In this document: piece by piece, positions 9,389 through 19,511 of the stretch
Numbering within the stretch: position 1 is the stretch's first letter
How the letters are laid out: each line of letters begins with the position of its first letter
Assembly: GCA_963805085.1 (NCBI GenBank)
Contig: CAWDTA010000002.1
Coordinates: 64,001-128,000, forward strand
Direction of reading: 5' to 3'
DNA: 64,000 nucleotides
Source of the DNA: an uncultured Veillonellaceae bacterium
Lineage (GTDB): Bacteria > Bacillota > Negativicutes > JARBTT01
Made by a program: the position numbers and the translations under genes
Notes under the pieces: generated by a model
What the model was told of the DNA's origin: nothing
The model's database searches: none
Seen by the model: the letters and a program-made list of their open reading frames with translations, nothing else

Positions 9389-10753
9389 CTACTTAACAAT
9401 ATTAGCTGTAAGAAAAATCATTACTTCTGTTTCATTTTTACTATTATCTATATTACTGAAGAGGCGACCCAAAATCGGTAAATCTCCTAGAAAAGGAATC
9501 TTATTTATCGTTTTACTTTCTTCACTACCAATCAATCCACCAATAACCATCGTTTCACCATCCTTTAAACGAACAACCGTATCCGCCGAACGTTTATTAA
9601 ATTTATAGGCTTTTAGATCAGCAACATAAGAAGGCGAGCTAACCTCGGTATGTACCGTAGCTGTTATATAGCCATCACGATTGATCCGCGGTGTATACTT
9701 TAAAATAATACCAGCTTCACGATATTGGATGGATGTCGTTGTCGTAGAATTCGTCGTTGCGACTGTTGGTACTGGCACCTCGCCACCAATATTGATCACC
9801 GCTTGTTTGCCATTGATCGCTAAAATATTCGGTTTCGCCAGAATATTCGCCTTTCCATCACTGACAAGCGCATTCAATTTTGCTGCATAATACAGTTCAA
9901 AAGGATGTCCATTAGTTCCGTGCCCAAACTGAATAACGCCTGGTACACTTTCTGAGCCATCTTTCCAGACCCTCGTTACCTTGGTCGTCGGCACTGTCTG
10001 GGTCACATTTTCATAACGATTGGTTGCTGAATTCCATACAGTAGTCGTCGATGTCTCGGTGCTATTTTCATATTCTGGCGTCTGGGGCAATTTTGACCAT
10101 TCCCACTCCACCCCCAGTTTCTTGGCTGCATCTTTATTAATTGCCACAACCTTTGCTTCTAAAGAGACCTGCTGATAGGGAATATCAATGCTATCCAGCA
10201 TTCGGCGTATCTGACTCGCTTCAGCTTCCGTCCCATAAAACAAAAGGGAATTTGTTGCCATATCCACTGACAAACGGCTATGCTCAGAAGCCTTCTCCCC
10301 CGGCTTTTCGGTCTTTACGCATTTAGATAAACTGCCTAACGCGAGTTCTGCTGACTTTAAGACCTCCGCTGGCTCAATATAATTTAAAGAAAAAATATGA
10401 AGGGAGCCAAAATTTTGATTGATAACGTCCCGTCCCCCGACGATGATGACATTGCCAATACACTGATAATACAAGCCTTTGGTTTGTGTAATCAATTCTA
10501 AAGCCGTATCAAAATCAAGCGATTGCAGCTCTATGGTAATTTTACCTGTAATCGAATCATCGACAATGATGTTACGATTACCTAACTTAGCAAGTGAAGT
10601 GAGCACGTCGCGCACCTCAGCATTTACTACATTCAATGATAGCAGTTCGCATTCTTCAGCAAAACTGTACGATTGTCCTATAATATTAGCAAATACTACT
10701 ATCATTACCAATATAATCCATCGTATTGATTTTGACAAATGCAAATCAATCAC
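9389..10753 (-). CDS. Outer-membrane secretin (PilQ/GspD-like)
   Basis: Signal peptide, STN/N-domains (VRDVLTSLAKLGNRNIIVDDSITGKIT), secretin core (QVSLEAKVV, LGVEW, AGIILKYTPRI, DGETMVIGGL, KIPFLGDLPILGRLF). Confidence 0.9.
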   Translation of the reverse strand: MIDLHLSKSIRWIILVMIVVFANIIGQSYSFAEECELLSLNVVNAEVRDVLTSLAKLGNRNIIVDDSITGKITIELQSLDFDTALELITQTKGLYYQCIGNVIIVGGRDVINQNFGSLHIFSLNYIEPAEVLKSAELALGSLSKCVKTEKPGEKASEHSRLSVDMATNSLLFYGTEAEASQIRRMLDSIDIPYQQVSLEAKVVAINKDAAKKLGVEWEWSKLPQTPEYENSTETSTTTVWNSATNRYENVTQTVPTTKVTRVWKDGSESVPGVIQFGHGTNGHPFELYYAAKLNALVSDGKANILAKPNILAINGKQAVINIGGEVPVPTVATTNSTTTTSIQYREAGIILKYTPRINRDGYITATVHTEVSSPSYVADLKAYKFNKRSADTVVRLKDGETMVIGGLIGSEESKTINKIPFLGDLPILGRLFSNIDNSKNETEVMIFLTANIVK

Positions 10754-10975
10754 CGTCCAACCGTTAACATTATAGCTCCGTTTGGTCCATTTACGATTAC
10801 ATTTTTTTCATCAATTCCTACAACTAATGATACCAGTTCAACTCCTTGAACAAAACAGTACGATTGTCCTAAAAAGTGATTGCCACTATACCTGCGAATC
10901 AATCATCGTCCAACCGTTAATGTTATTTCTCCGTTTGGTCCATTTACGATTACATTTTTTTCATTAATTTCTACG
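10630..10975. repeat. Decayed tandem duplication of the pilP-like 3' end plus secretin 5' end
   Basis: About 10744-10822 repeats about 10897-10975 (offset 153 bp). The intervening DNA encodes GQSYCFVQGVELVSL, versus secretin GQSYSFAEECELLSL. Confidence 0.85.
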
Positions 10976-11427
10976 AGTTGGTAAGGGCCAATGAAATCCT
11001 CTAGCAAACATTGTTTACTAACCTCACCATATTCTAAAATAGCAATAAATCGATTGCCACTACCAATGATGCCTGTCACGACTGGCAGTTTCGCCGTCTT
11101 TACTAACGGTGATATTTTTTGTTCTTTGGCTGGTGCTTTCGTTTCTTTCTCCATCGGCATTTCCTCTTTTTCACCGAAACTACGTGGAACCGCAAATGGA
11201 TCTTGCATAATGTTCTGTTCATTACGGTCGACTGTTTGTAACAGTGTACTTTGTACTTTATCTTTCTGTGTGGAAACTTCTATTTGTGCAGCAGCCTCTT
11301 GCTTTACATTGCGCGCCTGCATGAATAATACATAGAATCCCGTCATAATCACCAGAGAAAGTATGACCATCCTTCTATTTTTTGGAACAGCCCAAACATT
11401 TTCTAGTAATTTCAGCAATTCTTTCAT
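10903..11427 (-). CDS. Membrane-anchored PilP-like pilus assembly protein (putative)
   Basis: N-terminal TM helix, DPF motif, VTGIIGSGNRFIAILEY, IGPYQLVEI; directly upstream of a secretin. Start uncertain (11427-11481). Confidence 0.6.
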   Translation of the reverse strand: MKELLKLLENVWAVPKNRRMVILSLVIMTGFYVLFMQARNVKQEAAAQIEVSTQKDKVQSTLLQTVDRNEQNIMQDPFAVPRSFGEKEEMPMEKETKAPAKEQKISPLVKTAKLPVVTGIIGSGNRFIAILEYGEVSKQCLLEDFIGPYQLVEINEKNVIVNGPNGEITLTVGR

Positions 11428-11484
11428 GTTGTTACACACAGCTTCCATAAACTTATATAAAGATACAAATTCTACAAACAAAAG

Positions 11485-11516
11485 AAAAATCCTGTCGTAT
11501 TCCGACAGGATTTTTT
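11485..11516 (-). terminator. Intrinsic terminator after pgi
   Basis: AAAAATCCTGTCG/CGACAGGATTTTT. Confidence 0.8.
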
Positions 11517-11550
11517 ACAATATTACCATTCATTTAAAATCATTGTATTT

Positions 11551-13029
11551 TTAGCCTAATTTACTTTTGATTTCTTGTAAACTAGGTCCCATAATACGTT
11601 TATAAGCTTCTACACCAGGTTGATCGAAAGCATCTACATTTGCTAAATCGCCTTCATACGCTACTGATAATGCCAACATATAGAGAAGTTCGCCTAAATG
11701 GTATGGCGTTAATTCTGGCAAAGTGTAGGTCGCATTGAAACGATTTTCTGAAGCAAGTGCACTCGCATTCGACTGTCTAGCAACTTCTAAGGCTTGGCTC
11801 ATTGGAATGCCAGAGATATCGGATAATTTTTTCACTGTTGGAAATGCATCATCGATAACAGGATCAACATTCCATTTGGCAATCTTGATAAATTGAACAA
11901 TTTTATCCAATGTACCCTCTTGGTGTTGTTGTGTCTGTGCATGCATATCTGTCGTACCTACCGCAACGATTGGCGTTCTACCATAGTTTACAACTTCGCC
12001 TTCTTTATTAAATTTTTTACCTAGTGATTCGGCAAGAAGCTGAATATACCATTCTGAGGTAGATTTTAAATAATCTGCATATGGCATCAAGACTTCACTG
12101 GTTCTACCATATTTCTTCGCCGCGATAAATTTCAAGCTAGCATTGAGCATCGCTGGGTTCTTCCAGATATCTTCACTCTGACAAACTTGATCCATTGCTT
12201 TCGCCCCAGCTAAAAAAGCCTCAATATCAAAGCCAATACAAGCAGCTGTCACTAAACCAACTTCACAGAATACTGTAAATCGTCCACCAACGCCATCGGG
12301 AACACTAAATGTAGGCCAACCTTCATCCGTTGCCAATTTTTTCAGCAATGTCTTATTCTCTTCATTAGGATCTGTTACAGCAACAACTTCGACTTCAATA
12401 TTAGGATATTTTTTCAATGCTTCATAAGCCACCATGAAGTTTGACATCGTATCAAGTGTGCCACCGGATTTAGAAATAACAACCATCATTAAGCGGTAAG
12501 GGCGCTTTTCGCCGTGCGCTTCATTTACTTTCGCATTCGCTACCATATGATTGATTAAATCTGTAGTCCGTCTAGGATCGATATTATTCCCACTAAAATA
12601 TACTTTCGGATAACCATTGCGTTCTTCTGTGGACATGCTGTTCCAGAACTCGCCACAATGCACGTCAAATAACACTTTATTACCTAAGTAAGAACCGCCA
12701 ATTCCAAAAGAAATCACTGCATCCACGCGGTTTTGTATCGACTTAGAAAATTCTTTTAAACGTGCAATGGAAGCCGGTGAATTTAAATTTCCTTCTTTTA
12801 TGTATGGTAATTGACTAAATAACACTTTTTCTGGTTCGCCGTCTTTCGATAAATGACCACGGATCACACCAGTTTCACGCATCACTTTCATTGCTTCATG
12901 CGCTTTTTTGATTGCTTCACTATATTCTTTCAGGTCAGCAGCTGTTACCTTACCGTCCCCAAAAAGATTTTCATAATCAAAACTAAATCCCGATTCTAAA
13001 ACACACTCTTTTTTTGTATTACAACTCAT
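11551..13029 (-). CDS. pgi: Glucose-6-phosphate isomerase
   Basis: GIGGSYLG, ISKSGGTLDT, GVGGRFTV, QLLAESLGK, GTTDMHA, FDQPGVEAYK. Confidence 0.95.
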   Translation of the reverse strand: MSCNTKKECVLESGFSFDYENLFGDGKVTAADLKEYSEAIKKAHEAMKVMRETGVIRGHLSKDGEPEKVLFSQLPYIKEGNLNSPASIARLKEFSKSIQNRVDAVISFGIGGSYLGNKVLFDVHCGEFWNSMSTEERNGYPKVYFSGNNIDPRRTTDLINHMVANAKVNEAHGEKRPYRLMMVVISKSGGTLDTMSNFMVAYEALKKYPNIEVEVVAVTDPNEENKTLLKKLATDEGWPTFSVPDGVGGRFTVFCEVGLVTAACIGFDIEAFLAGAKAMDQVCQSEDIWKNPAMLNASLKFIAAKKYGRTSEVLMPYADYLKSTSEWYIQLLAESLGKKFNKEGEVVNYGRTPIVAVGTTDMHAQTQQHQEGTLDKIVQFIKIAKWNVDPVIDDAFPTVKKLSDISGIPMSQALEVARQSNASALASENRFNATYTLPELTPYHLGELLYMLALSVAYEGDLANVDAFDQPGVEAYKRIMGPSLQEIKSKLG

Positions 13030-13130
13030 GTTTTTAGCACCTTCCTTTTCTTTAAAAGTATAATGAAAACTTATTTTATTATACTAGACTAGCTATATAA
13101 CTTCAAGTAAATACCAAAATCACATAGTAC

Positions 13131-13162
13131 AAGAGCTGTTGGTTGTATCCCAACAGCTCCTT
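13131..13162 (-). terminator. Stem-loop terminator downstream of galU
   Basis: GAGCTGTTGG/CCAACAGCTC stem. Confidence 0.6.
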
Positions 13163-13171
13163 AAACAACTT

Positions 13172-13380
13172 ATACTATAGAAATCAATAGATGATTTGTA
13201 TAAGAAAAATTTTTCAACAAAGGCAATATAGACGAATCCTTATCAGCACTTAGCTTTGAAGGCTCATTGTTTGACCGCAGGGAGTTTGAGCATTCATTGC
13301 GGTCTTTGAATAAATGCTGACTTGGGATTCGTCTTTTGCCGACTTGCTATTTATCGTTACAACTCATCTATATATAGTAT
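13172..13380. repeat. About 210-bp multi-stem palindromic element (MITE/REP-like or structured RNA)
   Basis: Nested IRs: ATACTATA/TATAGTAT, ATAGATGATTTGTA/TACAACTCATCTAT, GGCAA..AGACGAATCC/GGATTCGTCT..TTGCC, TCAGCA/TGCTGA, GACCGCA/TGCGGTC. Confidence 0.65.
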
Positions 13381-13396
13381 TCACATATAACTAATT

Positions 13397-14272
13397 TTAC
13401 TTCAACAACGGCCCCACCGTCTTAGTTAAATACTCTAAAAACTTATCGCGTAGTTCCGGGCGCTTCAACGCATATTCTACCGTAGCTTCTAAATATCCTT
13501 GCTTGTCACCGATATCATAGCGTCTGCCAGAAAAACGATAGGCATAAACTTTTTGAATTGCTGCCAATTGACAAATCGCATCTGTAAGCTGAATTTCATT
13601 GCCACGACCTGGCTCTGTTTTTTCCAGCAGTTCAAAAATTTCTGGTTCTAGAATATACCGTCCAAGCACCGCCAACTGCGATGGCGCTTCTTCTGGCGAT
13701 GGCTTTTCAATCAAATCGAGCGCCTGCCAAACATTTTGTTTGATTGGTTTTGGATTCACGATCCCATAACTAGAAACTTTTTCTTTACTAACTTCCTGCA
13801 CGCCTAAAACAGAACCTTTATAATCTCGATAAACATCCATCAGTTGACGAAGGCAAGGTACCTTAGCATCAACGATATCATCACCAAGCATAACTGCAAA
13901 TGGCTCATTGCCAACAAATTGCTTCGCGCAAAGCACAGCATGTCCCAAGCCTTTTGCTTCTTTCTGACGAATGAAATGTACCGTTATGTTGGAAATCTCC
14001 TCCACCAAGCCCAGTAGTTCATATTTGCCTTGTTCTTTGAGTTGCAATTCTAATTCAACTGAGCGATCAAAATGATCCTCGATCGAACGTTTATTACGCC
14101 CAGTAATGATTAAAATTTCCTCAATGCCAGAAGCAATCGCCTCTTCGATAATATATTGAATTGCTGGTTTATCGACAATTGGTAACATTTCCTTTGGCTG
14201 TGCTTTTGTCGCTGGTAAAAAGCGTGTACCAAGCCCCGCTGCTGGAATAATTGCTTTACGAATTTTTTCCAT
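13397..14272 (-). CDS. galU: UTP-glucose-1-phosphate uridylyltransferase
   Basis: KAIIPAAGLGTRFLPATKAQPKEMLP, GLGHAVLCA, EIQLTDA. Confidence 0.97.
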   Translation of the reverse strand: MEKIRKAIIPAAGLGTRFLPATKAQPKEMLPIVDKPAIQYIIEEAIASGIEEILIITGRNKRSIEDHFDRSVELELQLKEQGKYELLGLVEEISNITVHFIRQKEAKGLGHAVLCAKQFVGNEPFAVMLGDDIVDAKVPCLRQLMDVYRDYKGSVLGVQEVSKEKVSSYGIVNPKPIKQNVWQALDLIEKPSPEEAPSQLAVLGRYILEPEIFELLEKTEPGRGNEIQLTDAICQLAAIQKVYAYRFSGRRYDIGDKQGYLEATVEYALKRPELRDKFLEYLTKTVGPLLK

Positions 14273-14294
14273 AATAGCTCCTTGTAACTTAAGA

Positions 14295-15650
14295 TTAAGC
14301 GTTGATTAACGCTAACAGTTCTTCAGTCTTTTCTTTTAATAGTTTTTCATCTTCACGAGTCTCTACGTTTAAACGAATTACTGGTTCCGTATTGGACATC
14401 CGTAAATTAAACCGCCAGTTTGAATATTCGATGCTGAGACCATCTACTTTCGTCACTTCACCATCTTTACCGTATAGTTGTTCGATTTTTTCAAGCACTG
14501 CTTTGGCATCTTTCACCGTACTATTAATCTCACCACTGATTGGAAAACGCGTCATACGTTCTGCCATTAAAGTCGAGAATGGTTTCCCCGCACGGCAAAT
14601 AAGTTCAAGAACTAAAAGCCAAGTCACCATACCGCTGTCGCAGAAAGAGAAGTCTTTAAAATAATGATGTGCTGACATTTCCCCGCCATACACCGCATCT
14701 TCCTTACGCATCCGCTCTTTAATAAACGCATGCCCACTCTTACACATGATTGGTCTGCCACCAGCTTCTTCTACCAATTCAATCGTATTCCAAATTAAAC
14801 GAGGATCATAAATGATACCTGCGCCTGGATTTTTTCTTAAAAAGGCTTGTGCGATAAATCCTACCATGTAATAGCCTTCGATAAAATCGCCTTTTTCATC
14901 AAACATGAAACAGCGGTCAAAATCACCATCCCAGGCAATCCCTACATCCGCTTTTTGCTCACGCACTACTTTTGCAGTTGCTTCACGATTTTCCGTCAAA
15001 ATTGGGTTTGGCACTCCATTTGGGAAGTTGCCATCTGGTTCATTATTTATTTTGATAAATTCAAATGGTAAATGCTTTTCAAGCTCGTCCAAAATAGGTC
15101 CTGCTGCACCATTCCCCGCATTAACAACAATCTTCAATGGTTTTAAGGCACTGATATCTACATACGTAAGTAAATGTTTAATATAGTCATCTAAAATATC
15201 GACACTTTCTACTGAACCCGCTTTGATTCCTACAATTGGTTCAAAGGTACCAGCCACCGCACGTTCTTCAATCTCTTTCAGACCTGTATCACTGCTAATC
15301 GGGCGAGAACCTTCACGTACAAGTTTCATCCCATTATATTCTTTTGGATTATGACTAGCTGTAATCATAATACCGCCATCTAAATTTAAGTGGGCTGTAG
15401 CAAAATAAATTTGTTCGGTTCCGCACACTCCTATATCAACAACATCACACCCCATGTCATTCAAGCCTAAAACAAGTGCATTCTGCACTGCTTGGCCCGA
15501 CAAACGGATATCATGCCCAACTGCTACTTTTTTAGCTTTAAACATTTCTACATAAGCACGACCGATACGATAGGCTAGCTCTTCATTAATCTCATCCGGA
15601 TATTTTCCCCGAATATCATAGGCTTTAAATGCGCTGCGTTTTAGCTCCAT
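14295..15650 (-). CDS. manB: Phosphomannomutase/phosphoglucomutase (CpsG/ManB type)
   Basis: FKAYDIRG, ITASHNP, DGDFDR, GGEMSAH; SD GGAGA 8 nt before ATG 15650. Confidence 0.9.
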   Translation of the reverse strand: MELKRSAFKAYDIRGKYPDEINEELAYRIGRAYVEMFKAKKVAVGHDIRLSGQAVQNALVLGLNDMGCDVVDIGVCGTEQIYFATAHLNLDGGIMITASHNPKEYNGMKLVREGSRPISSDTGLKEIEERAVAGTFEPIVGIKAGSVESVDILDDYIKHLLTYVDISALKPLKIVVNAGNGAAGPILDELEKHLPFEFIKINNEPDGNFPNGVPNPILTENREATAKVVREQKADVGIAWDGDFDRCFMFDEKGDFIEGYYMVGFIAQAFLRKNPGAGIIYDPRLIWNTIELVEEAGGRPIMCKSGHAFIKERMRKEDAVYGGEMSAHHYFKDFSFCDSGMVTWLLVLELICRAGKPFSTLMAERMTRFPISGEINSTVKDAKAVLEKIEQLYGKDGEVTKVDGLSIEYSNWRFNLRMSNTEPVIRLNVETREDEKLLKEKTEELLALINA

Positions 15651-16411
15651 ACAAATCATCTCCAAACTTATTATATTTTATGAATAGAAGTCGTCTTGAA
15701 AGAAGACTACCTTACCAAACTATGAAACCACTACTAAAGATATTACTGTTTTTGAGATATTTTATTCATATTATAACATTCGTTGTATTAATCTTAAACT
15801 CCTGTAATGGGGTTGTAAAATTTACTATTTTTTTATTTCAAGTACATTATTTTTGTAAACACTCAACCAAAGTCCGCCCACTACTGTGATAAAAATAAAC
15901 CTTCGCACCAACTGCCCCAGGACTAAGCGAACGATAGCAATACATAGATACACAAAAATCTGCCCAAAAATAATTACGATATGCATGCATAGTCGTAAGT
16001 TCATCCCCTATAGTCCACCATTTATCACTTTTTTCAATATGGATAGCACCCCCATATGGAAATAAACGCTCATAGCTATAGAGTATTAAGAGGATTAACT
16101 TAAAATACCTACAAAGCAAAGAAAAAACGACAGCCCCATCCCCTGTTAAATTCTTTGTTTCCCCCTATAGAATCCAATATCCCCTACACTATCCCCCTTA
16201 CCTGGAATCAAAGTTAGAGGAAATTTACAAATACATATGCATATAAGTAGCATTCAATAAAATAAGAAGCATTGGAAAAGATATTATAAAAAACATTATG
16301 AAAAACTGACAACAATATTAGGATTTTGAGGAAAATACTTGCAATTTTAATTATATTATAATATTCTATGAGAGTTAAATAAAATGCTAATTAAAATGGG
16401 AGAACACACAC

Positions 16412-17509
16412 ATGAATCGTACAATAAGTATTATTAAGGCTCTAGGCATTATCACGGTTGTTTATGGACATATAATAAGCAGAGGCAGTTATGCGGGAAT
16501 TTTTTATCTATATCATATGCCACTTTTTTTCTTTATTTCAGGTTATTTGTATAAAGACAAATATAGTACTCAGCTTTTAGTATTTGTGACTAAAAAATTA
16601 AAAGCATTATACCTACCGTATTTAATAATAAGTATTGTTTTTATATTACTAAGAAATTTCTTTATTAAAACTGGAATTTACAGCACCGACCCAACATTTC
16701 CAAACGCAATGCCATACTTTTCGACAGCTCAAGATATTCTTATAAGCATACAAAGTGCTATTAGTTTTACATACTCCGAACCGTTGATAGTAGCCTTATG
16801 GTTCCTTGTTTGTTTATTTAATGTTACAATACTTTTTGCAATAATTAGGTATGTTAGTTTGAAGCTAAACAAAACAAATAATTTGGAAACAACTTTTTTT
16901 ATAGTTATAGTCTGTTTCTTTGTTGGCTTTTATTTCGTCAGACTTAATTACACACTACCAATTCAGTTAGATAATGCATTAATTGCACTTTTCTTTTATT
17001 TTTTAGGTTATATTTATCGGCAACGTGAGGCTATGATAACTTTTCAATGGGCTTTTGCTATTTTAGGATTTTTTGTCCTTAAGCAACTTCATCAATATGG
17101 TTCAATAAATATGCAATTACACCAGTTCGTAGACCCCACTTTCTACGTTTTATGTGGCACGATAGGTATATATATTAATTTTTTACTTGGCAATAAAATA
17201 TCAAATTATAATAATAAGATTATCAAATTATTAGTGTTAATAGGAGAAAATACATTACCGATCTTAATGTTGCATCTCCTATCATTTAAGCTTCTTACTT
17301 GGGTTTTAATATTGTTAAAAATCAACAATATGCTTGATCTCGCTTATGTTTTTCCTGGATTGGTATTAAGAGTAAGCTCTGGAATGCATTTAGCATATAC
17401 ACTAATAGGAGTCGCTTTACCAATCCTATTTTGGTTATTACTAAAACGAGTTGCAAATTTTACTACGACTGCAACTTTAAAAATAAAAAATGAAATAACG
17501 AATAGATAA
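16412..17509 (+). CDS. Acyltransferase-3 family membrane O-acyltransferase
   Basis: IIKALGIITVVYGH, YHMPLFFFISGY, LWFLVCLF; about 10 TM segments; low GC. Confidence 0.88.
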   Translation: MNRTISIIKALGIITVVYGHIISRGSYAGIFYLYHMPLFFFISGYLYKDKYSTQLLVFVTKKLKALYLPYLIISIVFILLRNFFIKTGIYSTDPTFPNAMPYFSTAQDILISIQSAISFTYSEPLIVALWFLVCLFNVTILFAIIRYVSLKLNKTNNLETTFFIVIVCFFVGFYFVRLNYTLPIQLDNALIALFFYFLGYIYRQREAMITFQWAFAILGFFVLKQLHQYGSINMQLHQFVDPTFYVLCGTIGIYINFLLGNKISNYNNKIIKLLVLIGENTLPILMLHLLSFKLLTWVLILLKINNMLDLAYVFPGLVLRVSSGMHLAYTLIGVALPILFWLLLKRVANFTTTATLKIKNEITNR

Positions 17510-17515
17510 TTATAA

Positions 17516-17547
17516 ATCCATCTGATTTTGCAAAAAATCAGATGGAT
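17516..17547 (+). terminator. Terminator after acyltransferase
   Basis: 14-bp perfect IR ATCCATCTGATTTT/AAAATCAGATGGAT. Confidence 0.7.
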
Positions 17548-17650
17548 CATTTGATATATGCGTTCTTCCCTCGAATCTTTATATTTCAAGTGCAGAGTCG
17601 CAAATTTCCGACTATTTGCCAAGCGTTTTTTTATATGACTAGCAAATATA

Positions 17651-17698
17651 AAAATAGAACGTTTACATCTACTTTTATCGATGTAAGCGTTCTATTTT
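17651..17698 (-). terminator. Terminator of the kdg operon
   Basis: AAAATAGAACGTTTACATC/GATGTAAGCGTTCTATTTT. Confidence 0.7.
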
Positions 17699-17786
17699 GC
17701 TTAACTTAATGACATTGCCTCTAGGGGTAGCATATCATATCGCTGGAGACAGCCCCATGTCTCTTAAGCTTAGGGGGTATTTTCTC

Positions 17787-18431
17787 TTATTTTCTAGCAG
17801 CTTTTACTGCTTCAATAAACTTCACGGCAGTATCGGTAATCAATTGATAATCACCAGTTTTTGCACCACCGGTTAAGCTACCACCAGCACCGACCGCTAC
17901 ACAACCAACATCTAACCATTCATGAAGATTCTCTATACTCACGCCACCAGTTGGCATAAGCTGCGCTTGTGGAACAGGACCTTTGATTGCTTTGATCAAT
18001 TTCGTACCAACAATCTCACCTGGGAATATTTTTACGATATCCGCACCAGCTTCCATCGCAGTTAATACGCCTTCAATTGTTGTCGTGCCGGGCATGCAAG
18101 CCACACGGTAACGGTTACAAAGCTTGATCGTCTTTAAGTTGATGGATGGTGAAACTACAAATTCAGCGCCATTTAAGATCGCAATGCGAGCAGTTTCTGG
18201 GTCAAGTACAGTACCTGCACCGATCACTACATTTTCATTATCTTTATATTTATCAACCAGCGTTTTAATCGTTTCATGAGCTCTTGGTGTCGTGAAAGCA
18301 ACTTCAATTGCTGTTACACCCCCAGCGATACAAGCATCAGAAATTTTCACGCCATGCTCAGCATCATCTCCTCTGATGACTGCAACCACACCAACCTCTT
18401 TTATCTTTGCAATTACTTTTTCTTTTTCCAT
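17787..18431 (-). CDS. eda: KDPG/KHG aldolase
   Basis: VAVIR, IEVAFT, GAGTVLD, FVVSP, VKIFPG, MPTGGV. Confidence 0.93.
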   Translation of the reverse strand: MEKEKVIAKIKEVGVVAVIRGDDAEHGVKISDACIAGGVTAIEVAFTTPRAHETIKTLVDKYKDNENVVIGAGTVLDPETARIAILNGAEFVVSPSINLKTIKLCNRYRVACMPGTTTIEGVLTAMEAGADIVKIFPGEIVGTKLIKAIKGPVPQAQLMPTGGVSIENLHEWLDVGCVAVGAGGSLTGGAKTGDYQLITDTAVKFIEAVKAARK

Positions 18432-18472
18432 AATAACATCTCCATATTAAATTAATACTTTATTCCACCATT

Positions 18473-19459
18473 TTAAGCTGTTACTTTGCCAGCCGCAATA
18501 TGTTCTGGTGATTTTTTATTGAAATAATTACACCAGTAGGCAGTGATGATTGGGACGACGATCGAAGTTACAATAACCGCTGTTGCAACAAGCGCCGTAG
18601 CAGCTTGCGCGATTGGTTTAAATTCTGGGCACATTTCCGCAATGATGATTGGATTTGTAACAGCTGCACCTGCGGTAGATGAAGCTGCGAGTCCAGCACC
18701 ACCATGACCACCACCGATATATTTATCCGCTAAGATAAGAGGAATACCAGTCACTACAATAACACCTAAGCCAAGCATAAGTCCAAGTAAACCAGTTTGA
18801 CCAATAACACCTAAATTAATGGTATTACCTAAAGCAAAACCGAAGAAAGGAATCATCGTCATCGAAGCATTGCCAAAGAATGTTCTGAATTCTTTATCTA
18901 AATTACCTAAGATGAAACCAATGACGAAAGGAAGCACTGCACCAATAAACAAACGAGGTTCAAACGAAGCAGCACCCGTACTACCTAAGATCATCATCGT
19001 TACCAATGGACCCGATTCAATCGAAGTTAATACGAAAGCACCAGCTTCTTCTTTGGTACCATATTGTTGCATGATCGAAGCATAAAGACCACCATTTGTC
19101 ATATCCATCGAAGTTACAATAGCAAGTGTCGATAACCCTGCAAAAAAACCTTTTTCAATCATCCCCACTGGCATGAAACTTACACAAATCATACCAACAA
19201 GCCAAGCAACTAAAATCTTTGTTATTACAATAGTACCTGATTTTCTAAGAACAGTACCAGTTGCTTTGATATCAATCCCAGCACCCATACAGAAGAACCA
19301 AACTGAAAGAATTGGCACCGTACCTGTAATTAAACCATTTGTAAAAGAACCAAAATACTTACCTGCATCTGGAGCAAATGTATGACAAAGTGCTCCTAGA
19401 AATAATGGAACTAACATTAAACCACCAGGAATACGTTCAATACCTTGTTTAATTTTCAT
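18473..19459 (-). CDS. kdgT: 2-keto-3-deoxygluconate permease
   Basis: [40 protein letters not shown]. Confidence 0.95.
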   Translation of the reverse strand: MKIKQGIERIPGGLMLVPLFLGALCHTFAPDAGKYFGSFTNGLITGTVPILSVWFFCMGAGIDIKATGTVLRKSGTIVITKILVAWLVGMICVSFMPVGMIEKGFFAGLSTLAIVTSMDMTNGGLYASIMQQYGTKEEAGAFVLTSIESGPLVTMMILGSTGAASFEPRLFIGAVLPFVIGFILGNLDKEFRTFFGNASMTMIPFFGFALGNTINLGVIGQTGLLGLMLGLGVIVVTGIPLILADKYIGGGHGGAGLAASSTAGAAVTNPIIIAEMCPEFKPIAQAATALVATAVIVTSIVVPIITAYWCNYFNKKSPEHIAAGKVTA

Positions 19460-19511
19460 GTTATTCTCTCCTTAAATGCAAATTATTATAAATATTTAGA
19501 TAATTGCTTTT

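Noticed and set aside
10744-10975. Repeat pairs (also 43171/43327 and 56831/57706) as DGR template/variable repeats
   Set aside because: No reverse transcriptase in the window, and mismatches are not confined to adenines.
15847-16119. 90-aa minus-strand ORF from the track
   Set aside because: TTG start without an SD and no recognisable motif; overlaps alternative short frames.
17344-17622. 92-aa minus-strand ORF and a possible sigma54 motif near 17600
   Set aside because: The ORF runs through a terminator and antisense to the acyltransferase; the TGGCA-TTGC spacing is wrong for sigma54.
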